Source: Bacteroidota bacterium | Lineage (GTDB): Bacteria; Bacteroidota; Rhodothermia; Rhodothermales; UBA10348 | Direction of reading: 5' to 3' | NCBI GenBank assembly: GCA_027622005.1 | Contig: JAQBZH010000003.1 | Coordinates: 41,532 to 105,531, forward strand | DNA: 64,000 nt | Program-made: the position numbers and the translations under genes | Part shown: positions 37,330 through 46,247 of the stretch, piece after piece | Layout of the letters: every line of letters starts with the position of its first letter | How positions within the stretch are numbered: the stretch's first letter is position 1 | The notes under the pieces: model-generated | Databases searched by the model: none | What the model was told of the DNA's origin: nothing | Seen by the model: the letters and a program-made list of their open reading frames with translations, nothing else

Positions 37330-38781
37330 ATGTTATTTCGACAAATTTGGGACCCCAAGCTGGCCCAGTACGCTTACTTAATCGGATGCCAGAAAACGGG
37401 CGAAGCCATCGTTATCGATCCCGAAAGAGACATTGACACGTATCTGAAGATCGCCGCAAAAGAAGGGCTAACGATAACAGCCGCCGTAGATACGCATATC
37501 CACGCCGACTACCTTTCGGGGCTTCGAGAGTTTGCTGAGCGGGGCGTCAAAGTGTATGCCTCGGACGAAGGCGACGAGGACTGGAAATATGAATGGCTAT
37601 TGGGATCGACTTACCATCATACGTTAGTAAAACATGGAAATGTCTTTTCGATTGGAAACATCAAGTTTACCGTAGTGCATTCGCCGGGCCACACGCCAGA
37701 GCACATCGCACTGCTCGTTACCGACCTCGGAGGAGGGGCAGATCGGCCGATGGGGCTACTGAGCGGAGATTTTGTCTTTGTTGGAGATCTTGGTCGCCCC
37801 GACCTCTTGGAATCAGCTGCGGGTGTGAAGGGTGTCATGGAACCCTCAGCGCGCCGCCTTTACCACTCGGTCCAAGAGTTTTTAAAACTGGACGATTTTA
37901 TCCAGGTTTGGCCGGCACACGGGGCCGGATCAGCCTGTGGGAAAGCTTTAGGTGCCATTCCACAGTCAACTGTCGGATACGAGAGAGCGTTTAACGGCGC
38001 AATCGGAGCCGCATTGCGCGGCGAAAACGAATTTGTGGAGGCCATTCTTGACGGACAACCCGAACCACCGATGTACTTCGCACGGATGAAACGCGATAAC
38101 AAGGTGGGTCCCAAAGTGTTGGGGACCATCCCCCAGCCGAAGCACCTTTTCTGGGAAGATCTCAAAGAGCTCTCGGGTAATACATCAGTGGCCGTTTTGG
38201 ACACTCGTTTGGATCGGTCCGCCTTTATGGCTCGGCACCTTCCGGGATCGCTATACGCAGGTTTTAACAAGTCATTTAATACCGCGGCGGGCTCCGTCAT
38301 CGAAGAGGGCATGCCCATCTATTTGATTATCGAAGAAGAAAATTTGGAAGAGGCCGTACGGGATCTGATTCGCGTTGGGCTCGACAACATTGTAGGATAC
38401 GCCACTCCTTCCACCCTTGAGGCCTACGCTGATCACGGACACGAAATGGCTAGCATCCGGGAAATTCATTTTAGCGACTTGAACCAAGTCGTTGCAGCCG
38501 AAGAGGATGTGGTGATTCTGGATGTGCGTAACAAATCAGAACACGATGCGGCCCATGTGCCCGGTTGCTGCAACATCGCGTATACCCGATTGTGTCTTCG
38601 AAAAGAAGATGTGCCATCTGGTACAAAGGCGGTTCACTGCGTGTCGGGGGGCCGTTCTGCAGTTTCTGCAGCACTTCTCGCACGGTTGGGGCACGACGTT
38701 ATCTACATAAATGGAGAATTCGCCGGATGGTCCGCAAATCCGGAAAACACGATTGCTAGCACAGAAGTCGCCCATGCGTAA
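37330..38781 (+). CDS. MBL-fold persulfide-dioxygenase-like enzyme fused to two rhodanese domains (CstB/PRF-like architecture)
   Basis: ATG at 37330 (MLFRQIWDPKLAQYAYLIGC..). The MBL metal motif is VDTHIHADYLSG, with HSPGHTPEH and a later FVGD. A Cys-less rhodanese-like domain follows, then a second one with the active-site loop HCVSGGRS. The ORF-track extension back to 37063 overlaps the YeeE paralogue and was discarded. Confidence 0.8.
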   Translation: MLFRQIWDPKLAQYAYLIGCQKTGEAIVIDPERDIDTYLKIAAKEGLTITAAVDTHIHADYLSGLREFAERGVKVYASDEGDEDWKYEWLLGSTYHHTLVKHGNVFSIGNIKFTVVHSPGHTPEHIALLVTDLGGGADRPMGLLSGDFVFVGDLGRPDLLESAAGVKGVMEPSARRLYHSVQEFLKLDDFIQVWPAHGAGSACGKALGAIPQSTVGYERAFNGAIGAALRGENEFVEAILDGQPEPPMYFARMKRDNKVGPKVLGTIPQPKHLFWEDLKELSGNTSVAVLDTRLDRSAFMARHLPGSLYAGFNKSFNTAAGSVIEEGMPIYLIIEEENLEEAVRDLIRVGLDNIVGYATPSTLEAYADHGHEMASIREIHFSDLNQVVAAEEDVVILDVRNKSEHDAAHVPGCCNIAYTRLCLRKEDVPSGTKAVHCVSGGRSAVSAALLARLGHDVIYINGEFAGWSANPENTIASTEVAHA

Positions 38782-38811
38782 TTCGACGTACCGGGTACCT
38801 CGCAAAACCGT

Positions 38812-40509
38812 ATGAAGGCGTTTCCCATCACCGTTGCCCGATGGTTTCGGCCCTATGACAAGGTAAACTTTGCCGGAGATTTGAATGCCGGCATTACCGT
38901 AGGAGTCATGCTCATCCCACAAGGCATGGCATACGCCTTGATTGCTGGCCTCCCGCCCATTTACGGGCTATATGCAGCCTTTATTCCCCTTATAGTGTAT
39001 GCACTGTTAGGGACTTCCGGACAATTGGCGGTAGGACCCGCAGCGATGGTCTCGTTGTTGGTGGCAGCAAGCGTCGGCCAAATGGCTGAACCCGGCTCAA
39101 ACGCTTATCTCGAAATTGCGATTCTACTCTCGTTTTTGGTTGGAATCATTCAATTAGTCCTTGGCCTTCTGCGATTTGGATTTGTAACCAATTTCCTGTC
39201 CCATCCTGTTCTTAGTGGATTTACGAGTGCCGCTGCGATTATGATCGGAATGGCGCAGCTCAAGCATTTGTTCGGTATTCCGATTCCTGGAGATGGTACA
39301 ATCTTTGAAACCGGTTATTACGCCGTGCAAAACGTGATGTCGGTACATCCGCTCACATTGGGAATCGGTATCGGAGGCATTTTGGTCATTTGGGGGGCCA
39401 AACGAATCTCTCCCCGGGTTCCGGGAAGTATCGTAGCTGTTGCCTTGGCCACCGTCCTTGTCTATTGGGCCGGTCTCGACGAACTAGGCGTTGCCATCGT
39501 AGGAACGGTTCCCGCCGGTTTACCAAGCCCGTCGCTATCGTTTTTGTCATTTGAAAACGCACGAGATCTGTTTCCGACAGCGCTAGCTATCGCACTGGTA
39601 GGGTTTTTGGAGTCCATTGCGATCGCAAAATCATTTGCATCCAAGAATGGGTCTACCATTGACCCCAGTGCGGAGCTCGTTGCGCTAGGTCTCGCCAACG
39701 TATTCGGTTCCTTTTTCAGGTCATTTCCGGCGGCAGGAGGTTTTGCTCGATCGGCTGTCAATCAACAATCTGGCGCTAAAACAGGCTTGGCTAGCTTAAT
39801 GAGTGCCTTTGTTGTCGTACTGACCTTGCTGTTCTTTACGCCCCTGTTCACCTTTCTTCCTAAGGCTCTTTTGGCCAGCATCGTTCTCGTAGCCGTAATT
39901 AGCTTGATAGATGTGAAGGAAGTCAAATATCTTTGGCGTGTTAATCGGACCGATCTTGCGCTATTAGTTATTACCTTCGCCTCGACGCTGATTCTGGGTG
40001 TTGAAGAGGGCATATTTACGGGTTTAGTTCTTTCCCTTTTGTCGTTTGTAAACCAAGCTTCAAGACCTCATATGGCAGTGCTGGGCAAACTGCCGAACCA
40101 ACTCGTCTTCCGTAATGTCGATCGCTTTCCAGAAGCGGAGATTATTCCCGGCGTGCTCCTTTTTCGCGTGGATGCATCTCTCTTTTTTGGAAACGTGGAT
40201 GTAGTTCGAGAGGCCATCGAAAGCGCGATAGAAGGTTCGGATGATACGCGAGTTTTGGTCCTCGACCTGTATCCTGTAAATCGTATCGACTCAACAGCGT
40301 TGAATTCACTTTCCAAATTGCACGACTGGCTCGATTTGCGTCATATTTCGTTGTTTTTGTCTGGGGTCAAGGGCCCCATTCGGGATGTGTTTTCTAAAGC
40401 AGGATTGACAGATAAACTAGGCGCGGATCACTTTTTTGATCACCTGGATGCGGCATGCCAGTCTGCCAAACGAGTCCGGGATGCCTATCTTGAAAGGGAT
40501 ACTAAATGA
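38812..40509 (+). CDS. SulP-family anion (sulfate) permease with C-terminal STAS domain, copy 1
   Basis: GDLNAGITVGVMLIPQGMAYALIAGLPPIYGLYA, about 11 TM segments and a STAS region (VLLFRVDASLFFGNVD...VLDLYPVNRIDSTAL). Confidence 0.9.
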   Translation: MKAFPITVARWFRPYDKVNFAGDLNAGITVGVMLIPQGMAYALIAGLPPIYGLYAAFIPLIVYALLGTSGQLAVGPAAMVSLLVAASVGQMAEPGSNAYLEIAILLSFLVGIIQLVLGLLRFGFVTNFLSHPVLSGFTSAAAIMIGMAQLKHLFGIPIPGDGTIFETGYYAVQNVMSVHPLTLGIGIGGILVIWGAKRISPRVPGSIVAVALATVLVYWAGLDELGVAIVGTVPAGLPSPSLSFLSFENARDLFPTALAIALVGFLESIAIAKSFASKNGSTIDPSAELVALGLANVFGSFFRSFPAAGGFARSAVNQQSGAKTGLASLMSAFVVVLTLLFFTPLFTFLPKALLASIVLVAVISLIDVKEVKYLWRVNRTDLALLVITFASTLILGVEEGIFTGLVLSLLSFVNQASRPHMAVLGKLPNQLVFRNVDRFPEAEIIPGVLLFRVDASLFFGNVDVVREAIESAIEGSDDTRVLVLDLYPVNRIDSTALNSLSKLHDWLDLRHISLFLSGVKGPIRDVFSKAGLTDKLGADHFFDHLDAACQSAKRVRDAYLERDTK

Positions 40510-40539
40510 TAGGGCGTAGAAAATCGGCCAAATGAAACC

Positions 40540-42273
40540 ATGATTGCTGGAGACACGGCTAGTTCATTCTTATTGACCTGGCGCCATGGCTACAATCGGT
40601 CGCTTTTTAAGGGTGATTTATTGGCTGGGTTAACGGTTGGAGTGGTGCTAATTCCACAAGGAATGGCTTACGCATTGTTGGCTGGAGTTCCCCCTGTTTA
40701 TGGCTTGTATGCGTCGCTGGTACCGCTGATTGTTTACGTCCTGATAGGGACCTCTCGCCAGTTGGCCGTTGGGGTAGTAGCCATCGATTCCCTAGTGGTC
40801 GCAGCCGGGGTAGGCGCAATAGCACCAATCGGCTCAGATTCCTATCTGGGATACGTTATGCTTTTGGCCCTTATGGTGGGGGCCATTCAGCTGATTTTGG
40901 GCTTTTTGCGGTTTGGTTTTATGGTTAGTCTCTTGTCAAAGCCGGTGATTACCGGATTTACGGCGGCGGTAGCCATTATCATCGGAATGAGCCAATTGCA
41001 GCATTTAATGGGCTTATCGCTTGGTAGCAACTTGAATGTCTTCATTTTGCTATCGGAGGCAGCGGCCCGTCTCCAGGAAATACAACCGGCGAGCCTGATG
41101 ATTGGTGTGGGCGGAATAGTCCTGTTGATAGCGATCATGAAATGGCTGCCGCGGGTGCCGGGCCCTCTGGTTATCGTTTTGCTTTCTGCCGTATTGGTCT
41201 ATTTCGCAGACCTCGAATCCAAAGGAGTAGCTATTGTTGGAAATATTCCATCAGGACTACCAACCCCTTCATTCCCCTTGTTTTCGTATGAGGCTATTCG
41301 AGAGCTATTTCCCACGGCCGTTACGCTTTCACTGATCCAGTTCATGGGAATTATATCGTTGGGGAAAATGTTTGGGGTGAAACACGGGTACCGGGTGAAT
41401 CCAAATCGAGAACTGATGGCCCTTGGTGCCATGAATTTTGCTGGATCGGTGTTTCGCAGTATTCCGGTTTCCGTGAGCTATTCGAGAAGTGCTGTAAATG
41501 ATCTGTCCGGAGCAAAATCACCGCTGGCAAACGGCATTTCTGCCCTGCTCGTTCTGTGTACGTTGCTTTTTCTTACGCCCCTCTTTTACTACCTGCCGAT
41601 TCCCATATTCGCTTCAATCATCATGGTTGCGGCCTTTGGCCTGGTCAATTTTACTGAAGTACGATTTCTGCTCCGCACCAAGGCTGTCGATGGGATTATC
41701 GCACTTTCTACCTTTTTTGCGACCCTTGTGCTCGGTATCGAACAAGGCATGTTAGTGGGGATCGGCCTTTCGTTCGTCGCAATCATTTACCGAATTGGAA
41801 GACCTAACGTTGCCATTTTAGGCCATTTACCCAATTCAAGATCATTCCGCGACTTGGATAAACGCGGCACAGCGCATCAATTTGAGGGAATTGTGCTTAT
41901 CCGTATTGATGCATCGCTCTCGTTTGCCAACGCTGACCTTCTTCGCGATGTCATTGAGGAGCATACAGCAGATAAGAAGGTGCGAGCCGTAATTCTGGAT
42001 GCTTCTAGCGTGAATGATCTGGACACTACGGCTTTGTCGGCTTTAGCCGAAGTCAACCAGGTGCTTCGAAGGGCGGGCACCTTGTTTTATTTTGCCGGAC
42101 TCCGTCAAAAATCGCTCGATATGCTCGACTCTTCGGGGCTCATGGCAGAAGTCGGCCCTTCGCATTTTTGTTTAAGCTTGGATCAGGCAGTACTGGAAGT
42201 GCTCTCATTGTGGGGGCGGGAGAGCGAATATTTGGATCGATTAGTCGATCAGGCGTCGGCCGACTCAGCTTGA
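40540..42273 (+). CDS. SulP-family anion (sulfate) permease with C-terminal STAS domain, copy 2
   Basis: It is a paralogue of the preceding gene (GDLLAGLTVGVVLIPQGMAYALLAGVPPVYGLYA; STAS region IVLIRIDASLSFANAD...ILDASSVNDLDTTAL). Confidence 0.9.
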   Translation: MIAGDTASSFLLTWRHGYNRSLFKGDLLAGLTVGVVLIPQGMAYALLAGVPPVYGLYASLVPLIVYVLIGTSRQLAVGVVAIDSLVVAAGVGAIAPIGSDSYLGYVMLLALMVGAIQLILGFLRFGFMVSLLSKPVITGFTAAVAIIIGMSQLQHLMGLSLGSNLNVFILLSEAAARLQEIQPASLMIGVGGIVLLIAIMKWLPRVPGPLVIVLLSAVLVYFADLESKGVAIVGNIPSGLPTPSFPLFSYEAIRELFPTAVTLSLIQFMGIISLGKMFGVKHGYRVNPNRELMALGAMNFAGSVFRSIPVSVSYSRSAVNDLSGAKSPLANGISALLVLCTLLFLTPLFYYLPIPIFASIIMVAAFGLVNFTEVRFLLRTKAVDGIIALSTFFATLVLGIEQGMLVGIGLSFVAIIYRIGRPNVAILGHLPNSRSFRDLDKRGTAHQFEGIVLIRIDASLSFANADLLRDVIEEHTADKKVRAVILDASSVNDLDTTALSALAEVNQVLRRAGTLFYFAGLRQKSLDMLDSSGLMAEVGPSHFCLSLDQAVLEVLSLWGRESEYLDRLVDQASADSA

Positions 42274-43163
42274 CGCAGCTGTCGGACTACTTCGCTCGTA
42301 ATGTTCAGTTTTTTCGACCATTCGGCCGCCCAGTACGATGCGCCTTTTGATGCCCAACGATCCCACGTAGCCCGGTGCGTAGTAATTTCAGAATCCAAAA
42401 AGTCACAAACCGGGCCTAAGGCGTCATACTGCGCCGCCGATCGCAGCAAGCCCTCAATAGAACGCGATCGCGAACCAAATCCGATGGGAATTCGGTGCCG
42501 CCGGGCCTCGACGGCAAGGCTCGATTTAGTGACAAACAGGCCACTCGCTGCATGACTTGCTAGATATTCGGCAATAGCGGCAAGGTTGGTTCGTTCGTCT
42601 TCGAGGTGAAGGCCTGATTCGGGCAGCGACGGAAAGGGGGTCTGCGGTGGTAGTGGCCCACCCACCGCTTTTGGCGCGTCCAAAATGTAATCCACGACCT
42701 CTTCCAACAACAAGGCAATATGGGTCATTTCCGGAAGATCGAACGTTCCGAGTCGATCCAAAAAAGGAGGCATCCAAATCAATAACTCTTGTTTCAAATA
42801 GTCCCCAGCTTCCTGGATTCGACCATTTTCAATCAAAAAAGCTACAAATCGAAGAGAAGAGGAGAGGTGATCGGCTAATACGGACGAGGTGTCGGGTTCA
42901 AATCCTGCGGTCCACATCTTAGTCCAAACGCGCTCCGAGACGACGCTCCCCATTACGGAACCCGGCTCCAGAAAAACGGAGGCCGCGGGCATTAGTTCGT
43001 GACACAGTACCTGATAATGTGCTGCCGCGAAGTCGTCGGAAGGCTCGAAGGAAACGGTGGAACCCGATTCTTGAATCGATTTCAATTCGATCAAAGAGCG
43101 CGGAGGTCGCTCAATCAGGTCTGCTAGAACGATGAGTCTAATAGCTATGTCTTTTTCTGTCAC
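42249..43163 (-). CDS. TorD/DmsD/NarJ-like redox-enzyme maturation chaperone with an unrecognised C-terminal extension of about 120 aa
   Basis: The N-terminal ~180 aa show the TorD-family pattern (AAHYQVLCHELMPAASVFLE...FEPDTSSVLADHLSSSLRFVAFLIENG). It is the last gene of the Mo-enzyme operon. The C-terminal part matches nothing I recognise. Confidence 0.55.
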   Translation of the reverse strand: MTEKDIAIRLIVLADLIERPPRSLIELKSIQESGSTVSFEPSDDFAAAHYQVLCHELMPAASVFLEPGSVMGSVVSERVWTKMWTAGFEPDTSSVLADHLSSSLRFVAFLIENGRIQEAGDYLKQELLIWMPPFLDRLGTFDLPEMTHIALLLEEVVDYILDAPKAVGGPLPPQTPFPSLPESGLHLEDERTNLAAIAEYLASHAASGLFVTKSSLAVEARRHRIPIGFGSRSRSIEGLLRSAAQYDALGPVCDFLDSEITTHRATWDRWASKGASYWAAEWSKKLNITSEVVRQLRQAESADA

Positions 43164-43211
43164 CTTACCGGTTTTTAACGAGGCTGTCCCGTGAAATTAC
43201 AGGATCGCAGG

Positions 43212-46199
43212 CTATCGTCCGAAAGGTTTTTCGGGCAACTTGTACGCTTCTTTTACTGGCTTTAACGGCCGCTTGAGCCAATCTGGGCGCCGCGTACCGT
43301 CTGGCGAATGGTCAACGGCGCTGCGAGATAATTTTACCCATTCGTTATAGTTTTCCATAGACGCATTCGTGTCGACATAGACGTCTCCGTGCTTATCCCC
43401 TGGGGGCGCTTTCTCGACTTGATAAGCTTTTTGAAGCCAACAATGGTGCCCGGAAACCGGGTCCGGCTGGACCGCGTGAGTCAAGTTCTGGTGGACGCCT
43501 ACATCTTCCCACCAAATGCGCGAGGTATCTGGGTCAAACGATTTCCACGGCCCTGCGCCGTGATTCACCCGAAGCTTGTTTCCCTCGTCCCGGCTCTCGG
43601 TGATGGATACAAAATTTGATGCCCCGCGGCTCACTCCTTCTTCCTCTTTCAGTCTCCATCGGCCCAGGTGATGGCTCATGGCAATAACGCCCGGCTTAAT
43701 CCCTTCAGTAATCCATATTTTATCCACAAAATAGCCGATTCGGGTTGTGACTCGGATCAATTCACCCGTTTTGACACCAATTCGGGCGGCATCGACGGGG
43801 TGCATCCATACCGGATTTTTGTGACTCAACTCGTAGAGCCACTTCGCGTTGGCGCTTCGTGTGTGGATCAGCGTTGGTAGCCTAAAATTAGGTAGGAGTA
43901 ACATTTCCCCTTTCGCGCGGTCGATATTATCCGGATGGACATGGCTCTTGAGCGTCCAGGGCAGGGTGTATTCTTTCTCAGGCCAACCCCAGTCCTTCAT
44001 GGTGGAGCTGAAAAACTCCATCTTTCGACTTGGGGTAGTGAATCCGACTTTGACCTCGCCATCAATCATTACCCCGACAACCGACCCGTTTTTCAGCACG
44101 CGATCGTGCTTGTCCGTCGTTGTGCCCGCGGCATCAATCTTCTTTTCGTAGGGCACATAGTGGTCCTTCGTAATCTCAAACGCGGCGTACTTGCGCATAT
44201 ACTCGAGGGGGGTAATCCCTTCTTTCGCCGCCGCGGCAGGAAGTCCCGGCACACTGTTTTCAAAAATCCACCGGTAATATTCTTCAACGGTAATGACCTC
44301 ACCTTCGCGATAAGGACTATTGAAGTGTTTGCGGATACCAAGCGATCCGTCAGGGTCCATCGCCACCGATAGGTCAATCCAGAATTCGTTTTCCTCCCAG
44401 ACCTCGCCGGGATTGGCCTGCCAGGTAAAATCAACTTTCTTACCGAGCCGTTCCATGGCCACCCGACGAACGGGCTGTCTGAACGCAATCCATTGCCCCG
44501 CATGGGTTTCCTGGCTCATAAGGTCGTGCCGCTCGTTGGCGTGGCCCATCGGCAGGACATAGTCAGCAAACCATGCGGACTCGTTCCAGGTAGGCGTCAG
44601 CGCCACATGGCACTTCATTTTTTCCTCGTCTTGAAGCGCTCGCATCCACATAAACCCGTCCGGATTGATCCAGAGAGGGTTATAGACCCGGGTGAAATAC
44701 ACATCGATGTCACCGCGCCCTTCTTCCAGAAAGTGAGGCAAGAGGAAGCTCATTTCATAGTGCGCCAGGGGCCATTCGTGCGGCAGTTGGAGCTCATTCC
44801 AGGCATTGAACGGGGGCGGTTCTTCAAACGGTTTCGGGACAAATTTATTCCAACTGTTTCCCGACGTACCGCCCTCGGTGCCAATACTTCCGGTCAACAC
44901 ATTCAGAAATAACAGGCATCTCGCAACTTGCCAGCCTCCTAAATTGCCCACGGAAGCGCTTCGCCAGGTGTGCGTTGCGAGGCGGCCCTGGCAATTAGCA
45001 ATGGACTCGGCGGCTTCCCTGATTCGTTCGATAGGTACTTGAGACTCTTCTGCTGCCCGCTCAAACGTAAACTCGGCGTATAAGTCCTTAAGTAGCCGGT
45101 CAAAAGTCGCATAATCAGATCGATCGGCGTCTAGGTCAAACGATGACATCGAAAGTCTTTCCTTTAGTTTGTCCCAAAGCCCTTCACCGGGCAAGTCGAT
45201 CTTTACGCCGTCGTAGTTCTGGGCCTTAATTAGCTCCAGAGCATCCCTCCAATTCACCCATTTTCGGACAAATTCGCGGTCGTACAGGTCGTTTTGTATC
45301 AGATGGTTGGCAATGGCCAACAAAACGGTCTGTTCGGATCCGGGCCACGTAGGAAGCCAGGTGTCCGATTTGGAGGCCGTGTTCGAAAGGCGTGGATCAA
45401 ACGTGATTAGTTTGGCTCCGTTCTGTTTCGCCTCCATGATCCGCTGCGCGTGTGGATTGAAGTAGTGCCCCGTTTCGAGGTGGCTGGAAATGAGCAGAAT
45501 GACATTCGCTTTGGCGTGGTCGGGGCTCGGGCGGTCAAAGCCGGACCACAAATAATAGCCCGCCCTCGCCCCTGCGGAGCAAATGTTGGTGTGCGAATTG
45601 TGCCCGTCTACGCCCCATGCCTCGATCACCCGATTAGTAAAGCCGTCTTCGCCGGGACGCCCGACGTGGTACATAATACCATCCAGCCGCTTTTTGCGCG
45701 AAGCGCTCATTTTTTCGGCTATTTCCGAAACGGCTTCGTCCCAGGAAATCCTCTTCCACTTGCCCTCTCCACGTTTACCAACGCGTTTCAGCGGGTAAAG
45801 AATGCGTTCTGGATCGTAGACCTGGTTGATAGTGGCAGGGCCTTTCGCACAGTTCCTTCCTCGGCTTCCCGGGTGTTTGGGATTGCCTTCAAATTTTTTG
45901 ATCTCCAGCGTTTCCCGGTCCACGTAGGCCAGTAGACCGCAGGCACTTTCGCAATTGAAGCAGACGGTCGGGACCAACGTGTAATGACGGGCGACTTTCT
46001 TGGGCCAGGCTTTCCCATCCCACTCCACCCAGTCATTCCACAATTCGACGGGAGGATACTGACTCATCCGGCCGTCGGGATGGGTCACCGACGTCATTTC
46101 AATTTTTTGTGGCTTTTTATCCGAAATCGCAAATCGAGGTAAACCAAACGGCTGTCCGCCCACAGTAGCTTCTGGAATATCGGTGTTTTTCGTTGGCAT
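43212..46199 (-). CDS. Molybdopterin (bis-MGD) oxidoreductase catalytic subunit without a Tat signal; SoeA-like candidate
   Basis: FS0 cluster motif CFNCESACGLL-x-C (C-x2-C-x3-C-x29-C), a candidate Mo-ligand Cys in HTNICSAGARAG, and molybdopterin-binding domains throughout its 995 aa. The N-terminus MPTKNTDIPEATVGG... has no RR motif. Only 48 nt separate it from the upstream stop. Confidence 0.9.
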   Translation of the reverse strand: MPTKNTDIPEATVGGQPFGLPRFAISDKKPQKIEMTSVTHPDGRMSQYPPVELWNDWVEWDGKAWPKKVARHYTLVPTVCFNCESACGLLAYVDRETLEIKKFEGNPKHPGSRGRNCAKGPATINQVYDPERILYPLKRVGKRGEGKWKRISWDEAVSEIAEKMSASRKKRLDGIMYHVGRPGEDGFTNRVIEAWGVDGHNSHTNICSAGARAGYYLWSGFDRPSPDHAKANVILLISSHLETGHYFNPHAQRIMEAKQNGAKLITFDPRLSNTASKSDTWLPTWPGSEQTVLLAIANHLIQNDLYDREFVRKWVNWRDALELIKAQNYDGVKIDLPGEGLWDKLKERLSMSSFDLDADRSDYATFDRLLKDLYAEFTFERAAEESQVPIERIREAAESIANCQGRLATHTWRSASVGNLGGWQVARCLLFLNVLTGSIGTEGGTSGNSWNKFVPKPFEEPPPFNAWNELQLPHEWPLAHYEMSFLLPHFLEEGRGDIDVYFTRVYNPLWINPDGFMWMRALQDEEKMKCHVALTPTWNESAWFADYVLPMGHANERHDLMSQETHAGQWIAFRQPVRRVAMERLGKKVDFTWQANPGEVWEENEFWIDLSVAMDPDGSLGIRKHFNSPYREGEVITVEEYYRWIFENSVPGLPAAAAKEGITPLEYMRKYAAFEITKDHYVPYEKKIDAAGTTTDKHDRVLKNGSVVGVMIDGEVKVGFTTPSRKMEFFSSTMKDWGWPEKEYTLPWTLKSHVHPDNIDRAKGEMLLLPNFRLPTLIHTRSANAKWLYELSHKNPVWMHPVDAARIGVKTGELIRVTTRIGYFVDKIWITEGIKPGVIAMSHHLGRWRLKEEEGVSRGASNFVSITESRDEGNKLRVNHGAGPWKSFDPDTSRIWWEDVGVHQNLTHAVQPDPVSGHHCWLQKAYQVEKAPPGDKHGDVYVDTNASMENYNEWVKLSRSAVDHSPDGTRRPDWLKRPLKPVKEAYKLPEKPFGR

Positions 46200-46247
46200 G
46201 ATGTTGTCGAAGAGGGGATTGTCGGAGGCGTTTGGGGGTTAGCTGTT

